This document shows, one piece after another, positions 57,694 through 64,000 of a stretch of DNA of 64,000 bases. The position numbers and the translations under genes are program-made. The stretch comes from an uncultured virus (IMG/VR IMGVR_UViG_2585427945_000001). Its lineage: Duplodnaviria; Heunggongvirae; Uroviricota; Caudoviricetes. The notes below the pieces were generated by a model. It saw only the letters and a list, made by a program, of their open reading frames with translations. It did not search any database and had not been told where the DNA came from. The DNA lies in IMG/VR virus record IMGVR_UViG_2585427945_000001. One strand, written 5' to 3'. Position 1 is the first letter of the stretch. Every line of letters begins with the position of its first letter.

Positions 57694-58718
57694 TCGTCAA
57701 GCACCGTTGCACGGAGGGTGAGGTCCGGGGCGGCCACGACCGGGAGGGCGATGGTGGTCGCGCGAGTCCACACGGTCTGTGGGTCCTCCGACTTGTAGCC
57801 GCCGACGGCGATACCTGCGGCGTCGCCGGCCAGGCCGTACCGCGGGTCGTTCGCCTCAACCGGCACACCCCACAGGGTTTTACCGGCGGCGTCGCCCTGC
57901 TCGGGCAGGAAGAGGAGCTGGTCCTCAGGAGTGATTCGCGTGGCGACTCCGTCCACATTCACCTGCGCGTCGTAGATCTCGACCGGCGGGATTCCGAAGG
58001 AGGCCAGTACCGCGTTGACACTCGCTTCGGTGATCAGGCCGGGAGCCACGGCGGAGCCCGCGAACGCCAGGTCGCGCACCTGCTTGTTCCGCATCAGCAG
58101 GTTGTACACCGTCAGCGACATCAGCGTCGCTGCTGGACGGTGCCCGTTGGTGCGGTTGTACACCGCCACCCACGCGCGAAGGTTGTCGATCGCCTTCGCG
58201 TTCTCGGTGTCGTCCCACGCCACCGACGCGGTAACCGAGTGGGCCGCCGAACGGCCGAAGTCTACGGACGCCTGGACGCCGTTCTCGTTCAGCGTGACGG
58301 CCCCAGTGAACAGCGCCTCGCCCCGGGCAAGCTCTATGCGCGCCGCGAGCTGAGCGACGAGCTTGACAGAGTCCGACTCCATGGCGTCACGGATATCGGC
58401 GTTCTGGGTGTCGACGTTCCGCATCTTGATCTGGTCGTACTCAGAGACGGGCATCTTCCTGCTGATGGGCGGCAGTTCGCCGCTCACCCGAGACCCGCCA
58501 GGCCGGTACGCGATGTCCGACTCGGCGTCGAAGGCACGGAACCTCGCCGCCTCTACGAGGCCGCCCCCGCCTCGGCTGAAGCGAAACATCAGGTCGTTGA
58601 TGGTCTCGTTGGGGAGCCACCGGTTCAGGTTGAGCGCGTTCTCCTCGCGGAACCGGAGCGCCTCGCGGGCGTAACCGGTGAGTTCCGCAGGAGTCGCGTA
58701 CTCAGTGATGAGCTGCAT
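57681..58718 (-). CDS. Major capsid protein (lambda E-like family)
   Basis: 345 aa after the decoration and scaffold genes; GELPPISRK, ARIELARGEAL. Confidence 0.92.
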   Translation of the reverse strand: MQLITEYATPAELTGYAREALRFREENALNLNRWLPNETINDLMFRFSRGGGGLVEAARFRAFDAESDIAYRPGGSRVSGELPPISRKMPVSEYDQIKMRNVDTQNADIRDAMESDSVKLVAQLAARIELARGEALFTGAVTLNENGVQASVDFGRSAAHSVTASVAWDDTENAKAIDNLRAWVAVYNRTNGHRPAATLMSLTVYNLLMRNKQVRDLAFAGSAVAPGLITEASVNAVLASFGIPPVEIYDAQVNVDGVATRITPEDQLLFLPEQGDAAGKTLWGVPVEANDPRYGLAGDAAGIAVGGYKSEDPQTVWTRATTIALPVVAAPDLTLRATVLDDPSS

Positions 58719-58731
58719 GTATCAGGGCCTC

Positions 58732-59127
58732 TCAGACGAAGATGATGCGGCCGGCGACATCCGCCTTGCCGTTGGCGTCGACGGGGACAGGGAGCTTCGC
58801 CTCACGGATGAAGCAGTGGATGAGCATCGAGCCCACGACCGAGGTGGACGCGACCCCGCGGGCGTCGACGTCCTGAGCGGTGAAGAGGAAGCCCACGAGG
58901 GTCTGCCGACCGTCGCTCGCGGCGTCGTCGTACGGGCCGTACTTCCCGCCGGTCGTCACCTTGCCGAGCGGGATGCCGCTCTTGATGTAGCCGTCCGGGT
59001 AGTGGGTGGCCTTCGTGAACTTCGAGATGTCCAGGGTGACCGAGACAGGGGCGTCAGTGCCGTGGGCGCTGCCGAGCCAGTCACGGCGGTCCTGGGTGAA
59101 GCTCTCAACCTTGAGGTTGAGGTCCAT
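58732..59127 (-). CDS. Head decoration protein
   Basis: GYIKSGIPLG...YGPYD..ASDGRQ; between scaffold and capsid genes. Confidence 0.8.
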   Translation of the reverse strand: MDLNLKVESFTQDRRDWLGSAHGTDAPVSVTLDISKFTKATHYPDGYIKSGIPLGKVTTGGKYGPYDDAASDGRQTLVGFLFTAQDVDARGVASTSVVGSMLIHCFIREAKLPVPVDANGKADVAGRIIFV

Positions 59128-59151
59128 GGATCCTCCAGAGGGGAGTAGTGG

Positions 59152-59688
59152 TTACTTGCCGTGCTTCTGCCGGAAGCGCTCAGCTCCGGTCGCGACCGAC
59201 GAGCCTCCGCCGACGTCGGATCCGCGGTCTCCGCCAACCCGGTAGGTTCCGGTGGCGCCCGTGGGAGCGAAGTCCTTCAGCAGCGCGTCTGCGTCCGCCT
59301 CCAGCTCCTCCTTCGTGGAGCCCTGGAGACGCGCGGCCTGCGTGGTGGTGAGGCTCTTCGCGATGGCGACTTCGAGAAGCAGCGCCCTACGGACCGCTGC
59401 GTCGGCCTCCGCGCGAGCGGTAGCGGCGGCTGCCTCTGCGGTCGCCTTCTCGGCCTGGACCCGCTCGGTCTCGGTGAGGTCGGCCGCCTGGCGCCTCTTC
59501 AGCTCCTCGTCGGCCTGGCGCAGTCGCTCCAGCTCCGTGGCGTCCGGGGCGGCCTTCGAGGCTGCCTCATGCTTGCGGGCGTGGTGCTTCCAGTACGCCA
59601 CCTGGTGTTCGGGCGTCATGTCGGCCGTCGGCGTGTTGTCCGGGTAGCCGTGCTCGTTGACGGTCGGGAGGTTCTCAGGCTCAGGCAT
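59152..59688 (-). CDS. Capsid scaffolding protein
   Basis: YWKHHARKHE; coiled coil; RLQGSTKEELEADA. Confidence 0.85.
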   Translation of the reverse strand: MPEPENLPTVNEHGYPDNTPTADMTPEHQVAYWKHHARKHEAASKAAPDATELERLRQADEELKRRQAADLTETERVQAEKATAEAAAATARAEADAAVRRALLLEVAIAKSLTTTQAARLQGSTKEELEADADALLKDFAPTGATGTYRVGGDRGSDVGGGSSVATGAERFRQKHGK

Positions 59689-59729
59689 GGTGGGGTCCCC
59701 TGTCGGGAGTCGTCAGCCCGTGGCGGGCG

Positions 59730-60539
59730 TCAGGTCGGAAGACGGATGTCATCGGGGCCGGTGAAGCGCTGGCCCTTGAAGCCCAGAACGGGCCCGATCT
59801 CGCCGTGGTCGTTGGCGATAATGATCTTGCGGTAGTCCACCGCGCGGCCTCCGCGGTCGAAGGTGCCGAGCGCGTCCTCCACGGCATCGTGGATGCGTTC
59901 GAGCTTCTCTTCGTCGATGACCTGGCCGGGGTCCTCGTCGGCTGTCACCAGCTTCACGAGGCAGTCACACCCGGGATGGATCGGCGCTAGGTCGCGCTTG
60001 TGGTAGCGCTGGGTGGAGGCGATCATGCAGAGGGCGCAGTCGTACTCGCCCTGTAGTTCTCGGACGGTGTACGAGAAGCGAGGCATGTCGTCCCCCACCT
60101 CTCGCACAGTGTGGGTCCGGGCTAGCTGTAGATCCGTCTTGGCGATGGTTTCCAGCCGGTGCGTACCGCGGGCCAAGGCGGCGTCGAAAGCGACGTCCTT
60201 GTCCAACGCGGCCCAAACCTCGGCGAACGGGCGCCGGTAGACGGTCTCAGGATCGACGTCGCGTAGCGCGCGTCCGGTCACCCTGTCAAAGTCCAGGTCC
60301 GTCCGCGGTGCTCGCCCGTCGACCTCGCGGTACAACTGCTCCAGGTACGACGCCGTGAGAGCGGCGACCTGCCGCTGACCACCAAGAAGCACCGGCAGAG
60401 TAGTGCGCTCGAAGCGCCGCACGTCGGCATCACGCCACGAGCCGAGACCGGACCATGCGCGAGTGGTACGACCGAGGGTCGTCCTCCACACGCTCTGCAC
60501 TGCGGCGCCGTACTGCCGGTCAAGCCGCGTCAGGGACAT
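59730..60539 (-). CDS. Minor capsid / maturation (MuF-like) protein
   Basis: CALC..ASTQRY.....PIHPGCDC; follows the portal gene. Confidence 0.75.
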   Translation of the reverse strand: MSLTRLDRQYGAAVQSVWRTTLGRTTRAWSGLGSWRDADVRRFERTTLPVLLGGQRQVAALTASYLEQLYREVDGRAPRTDLDFDRVTGRALRDVDPETVYRRPFAEVWAALDKDVAFDAALARGTHRLETIAKTDLQLARTHTVREVGDDMPRFSYTVRELQGEYDCALCMIASTQRYHKRDLAPIHPGCDCLVKLVTADEDPGQVIDEEKLERIHDAVEDALGTFDRGGRAVDYRKIIIANDHGEIGPVLGFKGQRFTGPDDIRLPT

Positions 60540-62028
60540 CGTCCTCCTCGCGGGTGATCAGCGTTCGGGAGTCGCGCTTGCCCTGGAGGGACGCCGGCTC
60601 GGGATCCGTGTCGGGCACGGCGTTCAGGGCGTCAGCCGCGCGGTCGATCTCCATGCGGGAGATCTGCGACGGGGTGTAGCCCATGTCCTCCATGCGCTGC
60701 CGCCACGGGACGCCGGCCGAAGCCTTCTTGACGGCTGCGTCCGCGAGTTCCGAGACGGTGCGGGACTCGGGGTCACGCCAGATGGTCTCAGCGCTCCATG
60801 TCGTGGCGCGCTCGTCGTCGCCCAGGACCCGGAAGGCCATGCGCATGACGCTCTCCCATGACTCGCCGTACGCACGTTGACGGTCGCGCACCTTGCTGAT
60901 GAGTCCGGTTTCCGCAGCTTTCAGCGCGTCGCCGGAGACGTTCACAACGGCGCCGATCAGGTAATGCGGAGGTGTGCGGCTGATTGCGGCCAGATCCTGC
61001 ACGGCGGCAGTCACGGCGCGCACGTAGGGAGCTAGGTCCGTAGCCGCGAACTCCCCAAAACGGACGTCGGGGTTGTCGGTCGTCCAGAGCTTGCGGATGT
61101 CTAGCTGGAAGGGCTGGATCGCTGCCCCGGTGATCGGGTCCTCGTCGACCTCCAGGCCGGCGGCGTACCGCTGTCGGAAGGCGCCGTACTTCATGGCGGC
61201 AATGAGGTTGATCAGCGAGAGGTTGATGCGGTTCTGGATCGAGAGGACGTCCTCGTGCTCCGCGAACCCTTCCGGCCGACGGTTTCGACGGTTGATGAAG
61301 GGAACGAGGGGCACCACGCCCAGCTCGTTCACACGGTAGCCGTCGGGCAGGTTCGGAAGCGCCAGGGCGTCCCACCCACGAAGCTCCGCAGCGCGACCGG
61401 AGAAAGCCGGGTTGCCAGTCTTCGTGGTGAACTCGTGCACCCCCGTCGGCGTCCAAAGCGTCGCCCGGGTGTTCCCGGTCCAGTCATCACGCCAGAGCTT
61501 CAGTCCGGCAGCCAGCTTGCGCCGATTGCCCTGCTCATGTTCGACAGCCACCTGCGTGGGTGTCTCATGAGTCAGCACAGGCCGCCCGTCGTCGCCCTTC
61601 TCCACGAGGACGAACGCACGCCGCTGAGACATGGCGCCGTAGTGCACCAGGGCGGAATCAGCATCCATGCTGTTCTCCTGCCAGATGCGGTTGGCCTCCC
61701 GGTCTGCCACACGAGCATCGTCAGGGGAGTCCCGGTCTGCATCGTCGAACCGGAAGCCGTCAACCCCCAGCCGCTCGCCGGGGCTGTCGATGACGAGACT
61801 GAGCCAGTTGGTGCGGGCGTCCCGCATCCACTCCGAAATCTCGCGCGGATCAACGCCCGGAACGTGTGGCAGCTTCGGCTTCCCCTCTGCGGCCTTCCGG
61901 AGGGAAGTGAGCCCTGGGGTGACCTCGTTGTCGTCGTCGATGCTGTCCTTGCGCTCGTCCAGCATCCTCTTGCCTAGCCGCTGGAGCCACCATCCCGGGG
62001 ATTCCGGAACCTGTGCGTCAACCGGCAT
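60520..62028 (-). CDS. Portal protein (SPP1 gp6-like)
   Basis: ANRIWQEN, LGVVPLVPF.N, SGDALKAAE; follows terL. Confidence 0.93.
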   Translation of the reverse strand: MPVDAQVPESPGWWLQRLGKRMLDERKDSIDDDNEVTPGLTSLRKAAEGKPKLPHVPGVDPREISEWMRDARTNWLSLVIDSPGERLGVDGFRFDDADRDSPDDARVADREANRIWQENSMDADSALVHYGAMSQRRAFVLVEKGDDGRPVLTHETPTQVAVEHEQGNRRKLAAGLKLWRDDWTGNTRATLWTPTGVHEFTTKTGNPAFSGRAAELRGWDALALPNLPDGYRVNELGVVPLVPFINRRNRRPEGFAEHEDVLSIQNRINLSLINLIAAMKYGAFRQRYAAGLEVDEDPITGAAIQPFQLDIRKLWTTDNPDVRFGEFAATDLAPYVRAVTAAVQDLAAISRTPPHYLIGAVVNVSGDALKAAETGLISKVRDRQRAYGESWESVMRMAFRVLGDDERATTWSAETIWRDPESRTVSELADAAVKKASAGVPWRQRMEDMGYTPSQISRMEIDRAADALNAVPDTDPEPASLQGKRDSRTLITREEDDVPDAA

Positions 62029-62040
62029 GCGTCCTCCTCC

Positions 62041-63753
62041 CTAGAATGCGACGAGGCGGCCAGTCCGCTTCTTTCGCTTAGTGATCCCTGCGGCAACGGC
62101 GTCAGCGCGGCACTCGTAGGCGAGCGTCGCGGACATGGCGGCGTCGATCTTCTTCGGCGACTTCGGGTGTTCCTTGCCGATGCCGATGTGGTTGCGTCCC
62201 AGCGGCCGACGCTTGGCGTTCAGCACGTGGCGGGTGAGTGTGGTGCCTTTGCGGGCGTAGTCGGCGTCGGTGTCACCGGCCTTGTCGGTGCCGCACCACG
62301 AAAGGCCCTTGTCGTCAACGGCCTCCACGAAGCGGTTGAGGGCCTGCTCCATGGCCGTCGGACGGTTGGTCCACCACTCCAGCGGGCGGGCCTGTGTAGC
62401 GCGTACCGACAGGTTCTCGCCGTAGTCCCTGGTCCAGGCGTCCGCGTAGTCCTGCCAGTGCGGCGGGTCGCAGTAGAAGCCGCACACGTCGAAGCGCTCG
62501 AAGGCTCGGGCGACGGCAGCGTCAACCGACTCCCGGTCGACCTGCCACCCGTCGCCCTCTGGACCCTCGGGCTTCTCCCAGACCCCGAGGAGCTGGAGGT
62601 GGCCGTCAGATACGCGGCAGGCTGTAAGGGCCGTGGCGTCGTCGCGGATCGATCCGTCGAAGCCGAGTGTGACCAACTCGCCGGGGGCGATCTCCTCGTC
62701 CCGCCGGCAGAGAAGCCAGGCGTCCGGGTCCATCCACGCATCGGAGGACGACGTCCGGGAGTTGAGGAAGTAGCGCTTGCCGTCCGCGGAGTCGGTGCGG
62801 AGGTCGTAGAAGTCGTCGACGAGGGTGTCTTCGTCGATCCACTCCATGGCGTCGCCGTACGCGTCCCGGAGAGCGGCACGGAGCTGGACCTCATCCTTCA
62901 AGTCCGCGCAAACGCCGTAGCGGTGGTCGTACATGAGTCGCGACCGGCCGCGCTTCTTGCGGCCCTCGCGGATCGCTTCGGCCTCCTCGTACGTCCGCTC
63001 AGCGACACTGTCCTGGCCCGGGGCGAACATGGTCGTGGTTTCGAGATACCACGTGCCGGCGCCCTTCTTCCTCTTGCGGAGGTTTCGGGTCACGGTCGCG
63101 TACATGCGACGCAGCTCAGGCGTGTTGTACAGGTGCGTCTCGTCGAAGCAGACCCACGTCTCCTTACCGCCGTCCTTCGAGGAGGATGAAGCGGTTGACG
63201 GGGTGATCTCCCCACCCTGCGGAAGGTTGATCTTCGTCAGGCCGGGATCGATGCCTGGGATGGCGGAGAGGGGTGACGACTCGTCGGTCAGGTTGAAGTA
63301 GATCGTGTCGTAGACGTTGCCGGTCTGGCCTTCCTCCGTGGCCATGATCCGGAGGTACGGCACCTTGACCGGGCGGCCCATCGGCTCACCGGGCTCGTAG
63401 ACGTACTCGAAGCCGAAGCCCCAGGGGTCTCGGTAGACCTCTCCGCCCTCCGCCCAGCCGGCGAACCGGGCGGGGCCGAGCGCTTCGAAGAGTCCGATGC
63501 GGGCGCCTAGGCCGGACTTGTCGCAGCCCTTGGGGCGGGAGAAGAAGGCCGAGTCGTAGAGGAGCTTGCCCTCGTCGTCATCGACCGCGTAACAGTCCAC
63601 CACGAAGCCGCTGTACTCGTCGCCGTGGCGGACGGGCTCACCCTGGACGTCACCAGGGCCGTGGACGACCATGAACTCCATCCACGCCAGCGCCATCCAC
63701 CCGATCGAGCGGGACCGATCATGACCCGGGGCGCGTACCGTGACGTGCGGCAT
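62041..63753 (-). CDS. terL: Terminase large subunit, copy 2
   Basis: Identical to 5846-7558. Confidence 0.93.
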   Translation of the reverse strand: MPHVTVRAPGHDRSRSIGWMALAWMEFMVVHGPGDVQGEPVRHGDEYSGFVVDCYAVDDDEGKLLYDSAFFSRPKGCDKSGLGARIGLFEALGPARFAGWAEGGEVYRDPWGFGFEYVYEPGEPMGRPVKVPYLRIMATEEGQTGNVYDTIYFNLTDESSPLSAIPGIDPGLTKINLPQGGEITPSTASSSSKDGGKETWVCFDETHLYNTPELRRMYATVTRNLRKRKKGAGTWYLETTTMFAPGQDSVAERTYEEAEAIREGRKKRGRSRLMYDHRYGVCADLKDEVQLRAALRDAYGDAMEWIDEDTLVDDFYDLRTDSADGKRYFLNSRTSSSDAWMDPDAWLLCRRDEEIAPGELVTLGFDGSIRDDATALTACRVSDGHLQLLGVWEKPEGPEGDGWQVDRESVDAAVARAFERFDVCGFYCDPPHWQDYADAWTRDYGENLSVRATQARPLEWWTNRPTAMEQALNRFVEAVDDKGLSWCGTDKAGDTDADYARKGTTLTRHVLNAKRRPLGRNHIGIGKEHPKSPKKIDAAMSATLAYECRADAVAAGITKRKKRTGRLVAF

Positions 63754-63772
63754 CGGCGCCCCCTCTCTGTAG

Positions 63773-64000
63773 TTAGCCGGTCAGCCTCGCTCGCCGTGAA
63801 GTGATGTCGGAAACGTTGCTGCCAGGGCTCTGTGCGGGCCTCTGCGGGGCGCTCGTGGGGTCGTCGACCTTGAGCTTGAGGCGGGCCCTGTCCTCCGGCG
63901 TGGCGCCGAACTTGGCGACTCTGAGGCGTACCTCAGCGGCCAGGGTCCAATGCCCTTTCTGCCAGTACGCGTTGTGCAGCAATGCCGTATCCAAGAGGCT
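63773..64000 (-). CDS. terS: Terminase small subunit, copy 2 (truncated by the window edge)
   Basis: Matches the 3' part of 7578-8045. Confidence 0.85.
   Translation of the reverse strand, partial: SLLDTALLHNAYWQKGHWTLAAEVRLRVAKFGATPEDRARLKLKVDDPTSAPQRPAQSPGSNVSDITSRRARLTG

Noticed and set aside
1..64000. Diversity-generating retroelement, retron, CRISPR array, IS element or rRNA
   Set aside because: No reverse transcriptase, transposase, regularly spaced repeat array or rRNA-like sequence was recognised.

Overview
The window holds one complete ~56.2 kb GC-rich temperate siphovirus genome with phiC31-like synteny, most likely from a Streptomyces/actinomycete host. Bases 1-7805 are repeated at 56185-64000. 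The first copy carries about 11 nt of net small indels that break ORFs, which points to an untrimmed circular-assembly overlap. Almost all genes are on the minus strand. Gene order: packaging, head and tail genes; lysis; dNMP kinase; a putative repressor; an early region (exonuclease, phiC31 gp3-like RDF, C5 methyltransferase, resolvase, primase-helicase, PolA, sigma factor); accessory genes; an intact attP-like site with a large serine integrase; a cluster of 8 tRNAs; and HNH genes near a probable cos region. The main novelty is a near-identical cassette (CCCTTCT slippery-like heptamer plus a covarying hairpin) at the 3' ends of both the major capsid gene and the major tail gene. In the -1 frame each copy encodes the first beta-strand of an Ig-like (Big_2) domain, LTVSPGTxAL..G. 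A stand-alone Ig protein lacks that strand at its N-terminus and carries a copy at its C-terminus. The inference is a donor-strand-complemented Ig fibre nucleated on head and tail. Other points of interest: non-tRNA structured RNAs inside the tRNA array, a dual-coded methyltransferase, a sortase-fold protein, a 127-bp palindromic repeat at near-antipodal positions, and three families of regulatory motifs. All functional calls come from recognising motifs by eye; no database searches or computations were run.
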